In this document: positions 39,937 to 52,336 of the stretch, one piece after another | Layout of the letters: each line of letters opens with the position of its first letter | Numbering within the stretch: the first letter of the stretch is position 1 | Source of the DNA: Callorhinchus milii | Lineage: Eukaryota | DNA length: 64,000 nucleotides | Direction of reading: 5' to 3' | Assembly (NCBI RefSeq): GCF_018977255.1 | Contig: NW_024704743.1 | Span: 49,602,001 to 49,666,000 of the forward strand | Translations under genes and position numbers: made by a program | The notes under the pieces: model-generated | Databases searched by the model: none | Told to the model about the DNA's origin: nothing | What the model saw: only the letters and a program-made list of their open reading frames with translations

Positions 39937-40140
39937 ACCATTAAGCCTTCCGATATTGCAACTGTCCGCACCCTGGGCAGGCCACCTCACCTCATCATGC
40001 GAATCATGGACTGCGTACTACTGCTTTTCCAGAGGAGAGTGAACACTGTGAAATTCGATGCTGAGAAGAATTGCCCCACACCTTCCTGGCAAGAATCACT
40101 GAAGCTAATGACCGCAGGAAACTTTTTGGCAAATCTCCAG
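39937..40140 (+). CDS. DNAH5: DNAH5 exon 24: [17 protein letters not shown]...FLANLQ, MTBD
   Basis: Acceptor ctacag|, donor |gtagtt; 204 nt. Confidence 0.96.
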
Positions 40141-41399
40141 GTAGTTGAAGGATCAGTTTTCCAGCATTTTTGCTTCTGCTTTTTGCCAATTATGTGGTAT
40201 AATACTACTACTACTACTACTAATAATAATGATGTTCCCCACTTCAGCTTCACTGTGACACGCCTTGTGCACGTGAGTGAGACAAGAATGTGTTATGGGC
40301 CTCTGGGTGTCCCAGTGATACTGGGTACAAGTTGTTGAGCAGTCTAAAATACAATGGGATGTCTAAATGTCCACATTTTTCTAGATGGCTAGAAAAAGAG
40401 ATCATTTCTATGGTTACAAACTTTTAAGAAATGCATGATTTTTTTGTTCTCATTGTCTTCATTTAAATGTACACCGTTCAGTTACTGAACTATATTGTTG
40501 CTCCTCTGAAGAGGAATGGTTGCTTGGAGTAAGTAAAATGTTGAAATATGTAAAGTGAATTTACTGAGATGACAGGGTGTATAATTCCTGGGGCTGATTT
40601 GATAAGTGAGTCATGTAGCTAGCCAACATCATAAATTGAGTTCTTTACACCATTAATTCTAAATTGCAGCTGTTATGTTCATGTGTTCAACAAACGTGGT
40701 TTATTACAAAATGTATACAGCATCAATTAAAATTTTCCCATAGGCACATTTATGATGTAATAAATGACCATCATAATGCAGCTTGTTCATTCCCAGAAAC
40801 GATAAAATTAAAGTTTTGTTGTTGACATTTTTTAGCTCCAGATATTGAGCTCTTTATTAAAGCTGTCTTGATGATCTCTTAATCAATAGGAAAATCATTA
40901 ACAGCTACTGGTGCTATTCCGGGAGAGATGTAAACCATGCTAGCCAACTCATTCCTTTCCCCACTGGGACTTATTGGTGTTTAAATGCACACCAGACAAG
41001 TTTGCAATAACAACAAATTTACATTTATACAGTACATTACACATTAGAGAATGTCCCAAGGGCTGTTTGCTTCCTAAGAAGGCACAAGGATCTGGTTATT
41101 CTCCGTAACCAATGATAATAATGGACATGGGCTGTGGAACAACTGCAGGAGAATGAAGAAACAAGCCAATTGAAATAGGACGAAGAGACCAAATTGTGCT
41201 GAGTAACAAATCAAACCGAGGTACAACAGGCACAATGGAAAGATGATTGAACAATATTTTTTGCTGCAACCAATCATATTTTTAGATTAATTTACATTGT
41301 GTTGTTGGATTTAAAAAAAGCAACTGCATTTACAAGTGAATTAAAAACTGGCACAAGAAGAGTTCCAGGCACATTAACCACATTATTTTACTGTCCTAG

Positions 41400-41579
41400 C
41401 AATTTCCTAAAGACTCAATAAACGAGGAGGTTGTGGATTTGCTCCAGCCTTACTTTGAAATGCCGGACTACAACATTGAAACAGCCAAGAGAGTCTGTGG
41501 CAACGTGGCAGGACTCTGTTCGTGGACCAAGGCTATGGCTTCATTCTTTTCCATTAACAAGGAAGTGTTGCCATTAAAG
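41400..41579 (+). CDS. DNAH5: DNAH5 exon 25: [10 protein letters not shown]...[10 protein letters not shown]...VLPLK, MTBD
   Basis: Acceptor tcctag|, donor |gtacag; 180 nt; translated by hand. Confidence 0.95.
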
Positions 41580-41701
41580 GTACAGTAATGTGAAAGCATT
41601 TGACTGATCAATGCATAACAACAAGTGCGATATTATTTTATAGCTAAGACTGTAAAAAGTAACCTTTGTTGATTTTCCAACATTTCTAATTGGTTAATAA
41701 C

Positions 41702-41797
41702 AACAGAAGTCGCTGGGAACACGCAGCAGGTCAGGCAGCATCTATAGAGAGAGGAAAATTAGTTAATGTTTTAGGTTGATGACCTTTTGTCAGACCT
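41702..41797 (-). mobile_element. Penelope-like element terminal-repeat fragment with a decayed hammerhead core
   Basis: Paralog of 43822-43950; minus strand reads CTGACAA-AAGGTCATCAACCT-AAAAC-ATTAACT. Confidence 0.65.
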
Positions 41798-41935
41798 TTC
41801 AACCATTTCTAATTGGTTGCTGCATTTACCTTCAAAATACACAGTCACTTACTGTAAAATCCTATAAAGCACTTTCAGATATCTTGATAACACATTATAC
41901 CAGATGCAAAGATTATTATATTCTGTTTCTTTCAG

Positions 41936-42073
41936 GCGAATTTGGTAATTCAAGAAAACCGCCTGGAGATAGCCATGTTAGATCTCCAAAAAGCACAGGC
42001 AGAGCTGGATGACAAACAGGCAGAGCTGGATGTTGTACAGGCAGCATACGAGAAGGCCATAATGGAGAAACAA
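41936..42073 (+). CDS. DNAH5: DNAH5 exon 26: ANLVIQENR...AIMEKQ, stalk coiled coil 2
   Basis: Acceptor tttcag|, donor |gtgagt; 138 nt. Confidence 0.96.
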
Positions 42074-43151
42074 GTGAGTATTAACCAATTATCACCCAAC
42101 AAACCACTTTGTTTCACAATTACATGCACACTGTTTCAGTTGAGAAGAGGTGCTATAATTATATGAGACAGAAGTGGGATGGAGATTGGGGGAAAGAGAA
42201 ATTCTTGCATTTTATAAATGCTATATGAAGCTGATAGCCATGATACTTGCTCCACTGTTATAGGTGTCTCTTGATTTTAGGATGACAGAAACCATAAATA
42301 ATAAAAAATGACTGACGCACAAACAATAAATTTAACCAAGAAAACAACTGGAGAATAATTACGGAAAATAAACCCTCGCCCGACCTGAGACAACACAAGT
42401 AGACACATGTAGGCTGCGTCACCATGTTAACAGAAGCATATTCACTATAATTTTCTGCTTCCTAGCATCTTAATTTAATTGTCTAAAAAGTCTCTGTGCA
42501 CCCTCCTCGCTCCTTTGCCTTACCTGCCACAGCACCTGATTATTGTCATTGTAGCCCAGGATTTACTTAGAGTAAGCTTCTTTCCAGTTATTTCCAAATT
42601 TATTTTGGAAATCTAATTCTCTTTTACCCAGTTGACCAAAATAAATACATTTGTTGTGCATTTATTTATTTATGCCCTTCTGCTCAATCCCCTTCTCTTC
42701 AGACAGAGTCTTGCAGAAGAAGTACCTGCTAATGGAGATGCATATATTTGTGCTTTGTGATGCTTTGTTACAGATTCAGTGCTTTAATTTTCACATTGAA
42801 TCTGTCACTAAACAACGGAGTTTCAGTCAATAATTATTGACTTGTTTCATGTCTAGACAGCGTTGGGACAATGGATGGATCTGCAGGAGACTTTCTGTTC
42901 TGTTTCACAAACAATAATTGGCCGCCTTTTGCCCACAAAATATACAGTCAATCCACTTTACAATATATTCTGTGAAGTGCTTTGAGACGTCTCAATGACG
43001 TGATAAGGCACTATATCAAATGAAAAGATTATTAATACATTATTATAGGATATTTTCAAAAAATATTGCCTGTCCCCTTGGATTTGGAGCAAGCAAAGAA
43101 GTAGTATCTGAAGCTGCTCACAGGATCCTGCAATGGGGAATGTTACTCTGT

Positions 43152-43512
43152 GGGCCAGCCTGACTGGCTCACTCGCACCTTTGAGTCAGAATTGTGGGTT
43201 CAAGTGCCATGTCGGAATTTGGAATTCATAAGGCAGTGCGTTGTCTTTTGGATGCGACGTTAAACTGAGGCCATGTCTTCATCTTCAGGTGGATTAAAGA
43301 CCCTGTGGCATCTGTGTCCTGGCTAATGTTTCTCAAAATAAAATTTGTCATTCACTTTGTGGCTCTTTGTGGGACATTGCTGTGTGCAAAATGGCTGCCA
43401 CATTCACTCACAAAATACACAGTTGCTATAATTTGCAGTATATCCTGTGAAGTGTTTTGGGAGGTCCTCCTGACATGAAAGATGCTCTACCAAATGTAAG
43501 GATTATTATTAA
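43152..43512 (+). mobile_element. DeuSINE, near full length
   Basis: cagcctgactggctc...gagtcagaattgtgggttcaag...gacgttaaactgagg...caaatgtaaggattattatt. Confidence 0.8.
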
Positions 43513-43674
43513 AAGAACAATCAACTATCTATAACTAAGTGCTCCAAGGATCACTGCCTTGTTTCACCAGGTCTTTAAGTGTGAAAATTCATGATACACT
43601 ATGATGCATGATTATTATTTTTATTATTATACATGCTGCTGTTGTTCAGAAGCTTCTGGGTTTCTTGTTCTCAG

Positions 43675-43810
43675 ACACTGCTGGAAGATGCTGAGCGCTG
43701 CCGACACAAGATGCAGACTGCATCCTCCCTGATCAGTGGGCTGGCAGGTGAAAAGGAACGATGGACTGAACAGAGCAAGGAATTTTCAGCACAAACCAAA
43801 CGTCTTGTAG
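43675..43810 (+). CDS. DNAH5: DNAH5 exon 27: TLLEDAERC...GLAGEKERW...KRLV
   Basis: Acceptor tctcag|, donor |gtgggt; 136 nt. Confidence 0.96.
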
Positions 43811-43821
43811 GTGGGTAAAAG

Positions 43822-43950
43822 GCAAAATACTGCAGATGCTGCAAAAATGAAATTAAAACAGAAGTCGCTGGGAACACTCAGCAGGTCAGGCAGCATCTAT
43901 GGAGAGACGAAAGTGCGATAGCGTTTCAGGTCGATGACCTTTCGTCAGAG
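43822..43950 (-). mobile_element. Penelope-like element terminal-repeat fragment with a minimal hammerhead-like core
   Basis: Minus strand reads CTGACGA-AAGGTC-ATC-GACCT-GAAAC, followed by ...agatgctgcctgacctgctgagtgttcccagc. Confidence 0.7.
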
Positions 43951-43959
43951 ACAATAGTA

Positions 43960-44395
43960 CTAATAATCCTTGCATTTGATGTAATGCCTTTTATGTTAGG
44001 AATACATACCAAAGTGCTTCATATTCGTATTCGTTTTGCACACAAATATACAGTAAATTCACTTTACAGTATATTCTGTGAGGCGCTTTGAGACGTCTAG
44101 AAGACGTGTAAAGCACTATATCAAATGCAAGGATTATTATTTATTATATGATTTCACGTGAAGTGTAGTGACTGTGTAACTTCTAGACGAACATGGCAGC
44201 CAATTTGCATACAGCAGTGTCCCACAAAAAGCTGCTGTTTTACTTGAAAAGGTAGGCAGGATTTCAGTTTAACATCTCATCACCAACAATCGAACACACA
44301 ACTCAGGACTGCATTTGGATGTCAGCATAAACTGACTTCAAAGTTCCAATGTGGAGATTGAACCCACAACTTTATGACTTAGAGGCAAGGGTTGG
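43960..44395 (-). mobile_element. Antisense DeuSINE with a nested sense SINE tail (about 44032-44147)
   Basis: taataatccttgcatttgat at 43961 is the inverted partner of atcaaatgcaaggattatta at 44120. Confidence 0.78.
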
Positions 44396-44994
44396 GCAGA
44401 GTTGGGCAGCTGAGTTGGGCAGACACACAATGTGCAATTAATGTTTCCAGCATCACAGATAACTTTGCTCTTGTGGAACCCATCAAGAGTTATTGTCGAG
44501 CAGAATGATTCAGTAAATCTCTACTAGATTATCAATGTAATTTCATAATGAATGAATAGAATTGTTATTATTAATAGTTATTGTTTGTTTACAGCTGCTT
44601 GATCATATCTTTGTGCAATTTATAATATCCTTAGGGTTTTTTCCCATTACACCACTTGTGTGTTGCTGAGTTTTAACTTGATTCACAGGCAGTCACATAT
44701 AATAAAACCTGTCTTTATCACCACTTGGACTGGCCAAAGTAGCCTTTATATAAGGGTGGCCTCTGACTAAGAGTTTGTTGGTGTGTGAACCAGGCTGTCC
44801 AGGGTGGTTGTTGCCGAATGGAGGTAGTTGCTTGAACATGTTGGACTGTAATCTAATTCAATGACTATGGAGCAGTCTCATTATTCCTTGTCCTGTAAGA
44901 AGTTTTACCCATCAGGTGCTTGTCACTGTGCTGTGTAAATGTGAGTGTGGTATTGCAATGTTGACGCTCTGCTGGTTTTGACTTTCTGTTTCAG

Positions 44995-45311
44995 GTGATG
45001 TGTTGTTAGCCACCGCTTTCCTGTCATATTCAGGCCCCTTCAACCAGGAGTTCCGTAATTTGTTGCTGAGAGACTGGCAAAAGGAAATGAAAACACGTAA
45101 AATTCCCTTTGCCAATAACCTGAACCTCACAGAAATGTTAATTGACGTCCCGACAATTGGTGAATGGAACCTGCAAGGCTTACCGAACGATGAGCTGTCG
45201 ATACAGAATGGAATCATTGTTACCAAAGCAGCTCGGTACCCTTTGCTGATTGATCCACAAAATCAGGGCAAGATATGGATAAAAAACAAAGAGGCGAAGA
45301 AGGAACTCCAG
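44995..45311 (+). CDS. DNAH5: DNAH5 exon 28: [16 protein letters not shown]...[10 protein letters not shown]...KELQ, AAA5
   Basis: Acceptor tttcag|, donor |gtattc; 317 nt. Confidence 0.96.
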
Positions 45312-45544
45312 GTATTCTCAGCTTAATCATTATTCTCTACTCTCTGGTGGGCTCCATAGTGTTAATTGATGTGCTAGTAACTCTAACTTCTGTATACAGT
45401 GAACCAATAACAAGGTGTTACATAGTTCCATTGAATGATATTACATGGAAACAGGCCATTCAGTTCAACTAGTCCATACTCCACATAACCCCCACCATTC
45501 CTATTCCCTTGTCTTACATTCCTCTGTTGCCCTCTTAAATACAA

Positions 45545-46835
45545 ATCTAAAATTACATTTGTAAAGCGCCTTTCACATTGGGAGGACGTGCCAAGGCACA
45601 GAACAGTCCGGGATTAGGGATTAGGATCCAAGCTGGGGTGTGGGATTGGGATCAGGGAGGGTGGAGGGCAGAGAGGGTAGGAGGGTGGCCGAAGGCAGGG
45701 TCAAAGAGGAGGGTCTTGAGGCGTGCTCTGAAGGAGGCAGGGGAGGAAACGAGGCAAAGGGAATGTGGGATGGAGTTCCAGAGGGTGGGGCAGAGAGGCG
45801 GCTGAATGCTCAACTGCCAATGGTGGGCCGGGCCGAGAGAAGGACATGGAGCAGCCCGGAGCCTGCTGAGTGGAGTGAGTGGACAGGTTGATAAGGGGTT
45901 AGCAAGTCAGAGAGGTAGGAGCAGACATGGCCGTGGAGGGTCTTGAAAGTGAGGACAAGGATTTTGAACTCGATCCTCTGAGAGATGGGGAGCCAGTGGA
46001 ACTGGGCAAGGGTGGAGGTGATGAGGTCACAGAGCCTGATGTGGGAGAGCACACAAGCTGCAGAGTTCTGGATGAGCTGCAACTTGTGGAGGGAAGAGTT
46101 GGGAAGGCCGACAAGCAGGGCATTGGCATAGTCGAGACTGGTTGTAATGAAGGCATGTATGAGGGTTTCGGCAGCCTGAGGGGTGGGGCAGTGGCAGAGT
46201 CGGGCAACGTTGCGGAGCTGGGGAAGGCAAAGCGAGTCATGGCACAGATGTGGGGGAGAAAGGACAGTTGAGGGTCAAACAAGACGCCTAGGTTCCTGAC
46301 TGGCTTGGTGAGGTGAAGCGTGCATCCTTGTTTGCTGATGCTACCAGTGCCTGAGTTGCGGAGGCGCTGGCGCGAGACAATCTGGAGAGCCTCGGTCTTG
46401 CTGACATTCAAATGTAGAAAGTTGGCTCTCATCCAAGACTTGATATCTGGCAGACAGTCTGTCAGGACATCAGTGGTTTTGGAGTCGTTGGTGGAGGCAG
46501 AGAAGAGTTGGGTGTCATGTCATGTGGAAGTTGACCCCATGTCTGCGGATGATGTTACCAAGAGGGAGCATGTACAGGTTGAAGATGAGAGGACCAAGGA
46601 CAGAGGAACACCGCACAAGACGGTGTGGGGGCTGGAGGAGAAGCTGGTTGTGGAAGCAAAGTGGAGCCGGTGTGAGAGATAGGATCTGAACCATTCAAGG
46701 ATAGTTCCGTGAAAGATGAGAGGAGAGGCAGTGGAGGAGGATAGAGTAGTCCACAGTGTCAAAGATTCATAAAGGGTGTGGCAGGAGCAGAAGGAGTGAA
46801 GCTGGGAAGCAACAACTCTTTCAAGGACCTTGTGG
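45545..46835 (-). mobile_element. L2 LINE, 5'-truncated ORF2 (RT C-terminal half) plus 3' UTR
   Basis: Minus ORFs ANFLHLNVSKTE, VRNLGVLFDPQLSF, QLIQNSAA, FHWLPISQRIEFKI and [10 protein letters not shown]. Confidence 0.93.
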
Positions 46836-47034
46836 AATAAGGAACTTTAAAGAGTTTTAAAAACAATCAACAACTTAAGTTCCTTGTATTAAAATATTTT
46901 AGGGTTATTAGATCAGATGTGCTGAAGGAATCTATGGAGAGGTTAAGTGAATATTGGAGATGGACCAGTGGTTTACCACTGCCTGAGCCTGTTGCTGTAT
47001 TACTTTGCAGAAAGTTAGCTTCAGGACTGGCAAC

Positions 47035-47260
47035 AAACAATAACAACTTGCATTTATGTAGCACCCTTCACGTGGGCAGCGTCTCGGAGCATTTATCAGT
47101 AGTGGAGCCTGACGGCAAGCTGGGGGGAGGGAGGTGGTGACCAGAAGCAAGGTCGAAGAGGAAGGTCTTCAGTCATGATCTAAAAGAGAGGAAGGAGGAG
47201 CAAAGCGGACGGATTGAGGGATAGAGTTCCAAAGCTTTGAGGCATAGTGGCTGAGTGCAC
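47035..47260 (-). mobile_element. L2 LINE 3' end
   Basis: aacaacttgcatttat...ggtcgaagaggaaggtcttcag...agagttccaaagc. Confidence 0.8.
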
Positions 47261-47389
47261 GTGAATGCAGGCAGGAGACTTTTCCGGCTAGTACTGCCTG
47301 CATCCAGTCAAGGTATCATCCCTATGGAATATTACACGTAGGAATGAAATCAGAACCAGATGGTTAGAACTGCTGAAGGAATCTGCGGA

Positions 47390-47622
47390 GAAGGATTTCT
47401 TCACAAAGAGAGTTGTGACAGTGTGGAATGTCTGTCCCAGAAAGCTGCAGAGTTGGATTCGGGAGGGATATTTAAAGGAGAGATGGGGACTTGGGTAGTA
47501 GGTATTAAGAGATATGACTGAAGGACAGGATATTGGAATTAAAAGATCTGTGAAGATCTGATAAACTGGTGGAACAGGATCAATGGGGTGAATGGCCTCC
47601 CCCTGTCCTGTTTTCCTATGTG
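47390..47622 (+). mobile_element. CR1 3' end
   Basis: ttcttcacaaagagagttgtgacagtgtggaat...gaatggcctccccctgtcctg. Confidence 0.75.
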
Positions 47623-47746
47623 TATCAGACTATAAGTGACCGGTGCAATTGATGTTAGAGTTGGTTAAAAATATACGGTTGTTATTGACAGGTAAAAATA
47701 GAAAAGTGAATTCTATATACCCACCTTTTAATGGTTGTCTCCTTAG

Positions 47747-47902
47747 ATCACGTCTTTAAATCACAAATACTTCAGGAACCACCTGGAGGATGGGCTGTCA
47801 CTCGGCAGACCAGTGCTTATTGAGGATGTTGGTGAGGAGCTCGACCCAGCCCTGGACAATGTCTTGGAGAAAAATTTCATTAAAACAGGTTCTACATACA
47901 AG
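47747..47902 (+). CDS. DNAH5: DNAH5 exon 29: [15 protein letters not shown]...[11 protein letters not shown]...STYK
   Basis: Acceptor ccttag|, donor |gtaaat; 156 nt; translated by hand. Confidence 0.95.
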
Positions 47903-48199
47903 GTAAATTCACTCTGAATAATGTCACTTGTTGCTTTTTAGGACAATATTTATTGAATATGTGATTAAAAATAAATTATAGGGCCAAGGTCACAGTCCCA
48001 GATTACAAAATTTACTTCTGGTACCACAACCTGCATTTATATAGCGCACTTCGCACAGGGTTGCATCTCGGAGTGCTCAAGAGTGGTGGAGCTTGGGGAG
48101 AGGGGACAAGTGACCACAGGTATGGTCAAAGAGGAAGATCTTCACAAGTGATCTGAAGACAACAAAAAGCCAACAAACTAAGGAAAATCATGATTCCCA

Positions 48200-49920
48200 A
48201 AAGACGTTTTGCATTCAGGACTTTGCTGAGGTCTTTTCTTTCCATTTGTTGAAGTTACAGAAAGAAGTCCAATAAACGGTCAGAAAGCAAAACACAAACA
48301 GCAAGGGTTTCAAAATGTTACGATGTTACTAAATATTCAGACAAAGTCTTTAGGAAAGAGATGAGCTCTCCCTGACATTTGCATTGGACAGCCTGCGAAA
48401 GAGATTGCTTGAGAGTGGGAATTCAAGCGATAAGACACAGAAATGGTCAAAATAATGTTCACCAAGTGGAATATGTCATTTTGTATAATGTAGAGACTTT
48501 TCACATTGCCTAAAGAAATGGCCATTTCCTTCCATTTGTTGAAGGACCTGAAAGAAGCCCAATAAATGGCCAGAAGCAAAACACTCTTTGCCTGCCTTCA
48601 GAATTGGATATTTTTCTTTTCATTAAAAGCAATTTCATTTGCAAAATAGGTTTATATTGGATCAGGACCTTCTGGTTTATGAACACCAAATTTTCCTCCC
48701 CAATATACCCATACTATAAAGATCAGTCATTTGCTGATGTTTATGGTTTTCTATGTATTTTTATTTTTTGGTGTTAAGGTCGAAAATGTGATTGAATGCC
48801 GTGATTTGAACAGAATAGAACATTGTTTGAACAGGAAAATATTTAGGAATAACCTTTTGACAGTACGATTTAGAATGTGTTGGGGTTATTCATTATGGTA
48901 TGGTTATATCAAAACAAATCTTGTACTCCCCATGGAGTCTGAACTGTGAGGCCTATTATGCGTGAACTGTGTGTATTTACGTGATGTGTTAATGTGTGGA
49001 GAGGATTACCGATAATAATCCTTGCAATTCGTACAGCGCCTTATCACGTCTTCCAGACATCTCAAAGCGCTTCACAGAATATATTGTAAAGTGATTTGAC
49101 TGTATATTTTGTGGTGAAGCGCGGCAGCCAACTGCATACAGCAGTGTCCCACAAACAGTCGTGGATTGAGTGACCAAATTATTATTATTATTATTGAGCT
49201 CTGTTTCCAGCAGTATCCTATCTCAGCATGATCTGAAACCCAGTGAGGTAGAGGACCACGATTGCACCAGAACAGCATCCATTTCCATTCGCACAGCATC
49301 ACAAGAGCATCCACAGTAAATACCGAGAATGGGCAGAAGCCGATAACTGCTGCTATGAGTGGCAGTGTAGCCTCAATGCACTAAATCCGGTAGCAGTAAG
49401 CTTGGGAAAATGGTGTATTTTTGGCAGAAAAGGCTAAAGGTGCCTTTTTGATTTACATTCACGAGGATGGATCTACTAGCTTGAATGATTTGAAAGAAAT
49501 TTAAAAGAAGCAGTTCTCACTCAAGGCTTAGGATGGATTGCAAAGCCTGAGTGCACAAGAATCTCCATAAATTAGTTTAATGGCATCTACCTCATTGTTG
49601 CCTTTTTATGGGAGTCCTTAATGATTAGAATTAAATGAGAGCCAAGGATCTTAATTTGGCATGACTGAAGCCATTAATATAAAGTGGTTTACATGTTCAT
49701 TCAGAAAGGCAAACCCCAAATTTAATTCTGAATGTGCATCCCATACAATCCAGAATCTTCTGTCAAAAGGTTTTTCAAAAAAAGTTTCAAGCTGGTTTGG
49801 TCTTTTGCAGCCATAGAGTGGAAGCGCACAATACAACAGTTACAAATGTTGTGCAACATCTGCAAAAGATTTAAATCAGTGGACCAATCACTTGAGTGAT
49901 TTGGGCTCTTATTAATTTCT
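48200..49920. pseudogene. Probable scrambled, decayed hAT-superfamily transposase fragments
   Basis: Minus strand DIFHLVNIILTISVS is hAT dimerisation-like; plus strand LAEKAKGAFLIYIHEDGST (49407-49477) and FKLVW...MLCNICK (49785-49866); judged by eye only. Confidence 0.4.
49012..49195 (-). mobile_element. SINE 3' half, antisense
   Basis: ataataatccttgcaattcg...gcgccttatcacgtc...aagcgcttcacagaatat. Confidence 0.82.
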
Positions 49921-50947
49921 GGGTGCATTTGTCTACAAAAAAAGCAGTCCCTACACTTTACAGTAAATCCCTTGAAGCACTTTGAAACGTCCTCCTGACG
50001 TGAAAGGCATTACAACAGATCCATATTACTGTTACCATAATCCATATTTTCTCCCTGGGACATTAAATTCAAATGTGTTTATAAGACTTTCATCAATCAA
50101 AATGTTACTTCCTCAGACTTAAATTTGATAGTTCATGTTCCAAATATTGAATTCTTTCAGCCTGTAAAGTAACAGCTCGTACATTTAAGGAAAAAAAACT
50201 TCAGTCCCTATTTTTATTTTACGGGAAGAATTAAAGCAACTTGTGTCTCCACCAGGGAGGTTCTCCAAGTGTCCGGTCACCCACTTGATTGGTCATTGAC
50301 TTCATGGCTATTCGTGGGACACAGCTACTGTGTTTGCCTACAAAATAGGTGGTATGGTGACATTCACGTTAAGAGGCCAACTCTTTACTTTGTAGTAAAT
50401 CCTGAGAAGCACTTAGAGAAGGTCACCTAACTTGAATGGGGCTGGCTCAATTGCGAGGAGTATTGTTGTCAGGCGTGTATTAGGTTGGTAGTGAAGGAGG
50501 GACCAAGTACGGTGGACCATAAAGAATTATGAGTGACTGACCGTTTAATAACATTAAAAGGGTGAAGGACAGTCTAATGTATTTTTAAGGGGCATCTTCA
50601 TGGAAGACCTGAGCAGAGACCAAATCGATTTTCACCACCTACATTGATCATGCAGTCATGCGAATCAATGTCTTAGTGAAACCATATCCTCAATCAGCAT
50701 GTATTTTCAGGAGCATTGCAGCACTGTTTGCATATCACATCAGTATTAATAGGATATTAGATTTTCAGCCGTGGCTGATTGTACATTGGCCTCTGTTTTT
50801 CTTCCCAAGTCTTCTGGATTTTATTTGTACTCTGTATTTGTATGTATGATTTAATTTTTCAAAAATATTCTGATGTTGGTGATTAGCATAATTTCTTGGG
50901 ATGGAAAGTGCTAATTAGAGTCACTGTGGTCAGCCTAAAAATTTGAT

Positions 50948-51200
50948 TTTTTTTGATCATCTGGGGTGTAACAGATGCAGAAACTCATCATCATGCTTAA
51001 GAGTATCCAAACCAAGCTGAGAATTCCATGCATCCCAGATACACATGGAAATCCCAGAGATAGATTGTTGGAATGGAATTCACACTCTCCCTGGAGGGAT
51101 GCATCCTGCTTACCTAATTCCAGAAAGTATTAGGCAAGAGCCAAAGCTTGGGGACCCAAGAGAATGCGTTGGTGTACTGCTGGAGTCTAACCAGCTAAAA
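50948..51200 (-). mobile_element. Unclassified poly(A)-tailed retroposon, 5'-truncated copy
   Basis: Clearly homologous to 1223-1490, e.g. acatggaaatcccagagata..ttgttggaatggaat and tgcttacctaattc. Confidence 0.7.
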
Positions 51201-51817
51201 TTATGGAAAATTCTCAAATTCTGCCTTAATCTGTAAGGTGGTTCTTTATAAGTACACCAGAAAACCTATTGTACCTGTTCTACTGTTGTACAGGTATATT
51301 TTAAGATAAAATACCTTCAAAACTATGGCTTCATGGAATTTCAAGCTCCAAATATTATTAAAGCAACTATGCTCTATGAAATGTTTAGTATCAAAAGGAA
51401 GAATTGCATGGTGAGAACTGCTTGGCTGTTTGCAATAATAGCAGTTCTAAGGCAGTTACAAAATTGTCAGAATTCAGTTGAGCTCGTAAAATTTCTATCC
51501 CTTGATAGTTCAACTGATCATGAGACAACTCACTCAGAGTTGCTGATTTATTTTACTTATCATTTCTTTACCAACCCAAGATAATAAGATTGGTTTGTAT
51601 GAAGATTTTATTTCATCCTTTCAGAATACCAACCATACATTTTCCTATTACAGCATCAAGCTGTTTTTATAAATGAGTCCAGTGTCCTGGTCTCAAACAC
51701 CCTTCGTTGTAACCTGTGCAAATCTAAACCTACTGCATTGTTGCACCTGAAAATGTTATTCCTGGTTTACTTTCTCAATCCTATCTTAAACTTATAATTA
51801 TTTTAGAAACCTCAGAT

Positions 51818-52262
51818 GTGTCAGCCTGACTTAATCATAGGACTCTTGCCTCTGAGTCAGAAAATTGTGGGTTGAAGCTTCACATCAGAACTTTGAACTC
51901 ATTATAGTCTAGACTCGAGACTGACACTTCAGCACAGTGTTGGGGGAGCCCTACATTGTTGGAGGGGACATCCTTCGGATGAGACGTTAAACCGAAGTCA
52001 TGTCTACTTGTTCAGGTGAATATTAAATAGCCCATTGAACAATCTGAAAAGTGCAGTGAGTCTCTCCCTTTGTATTAGCCAACAATTGCCCAAATACAAT
52101 TGGTCATTCACTTCATGGCTGTTTGTGGGCAATGTGGGACAAATTGGCTGTGGCATTTCGCTACAAAATGCACAGTTGCAACATTTTGGAGTATATCTTG
52201 TGAAGCACTTTGAGATGTCCTCTCGATGCGAAGGACGCTATATCAAATATAAGTATTGTTAT
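51818..52262 (+). mobile_element. DeuSINE, full length
   Basis: gtcagcctg...ctcttgcctctgagtcagaa...tccttcggatgagacgttaaaccga...gctatatcaaat. Confidence 0.85.
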
Positions 52263-52336
52263 CTCCTCTCAAGAAAGAAGAGCATTAGTTTGTCTAGTCA
52301 TTGCTCATTAGCTCAACTAATCATTGCTTTCAATAG

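Noticed and set aside
44685..44850. Tc1/pogo-type MITE ends (cagtc...gactgta; similar text at about 30575-30665 and 39175-39240)
   Set aside because: Probably real but too decayed to define both ends or a family by eye.
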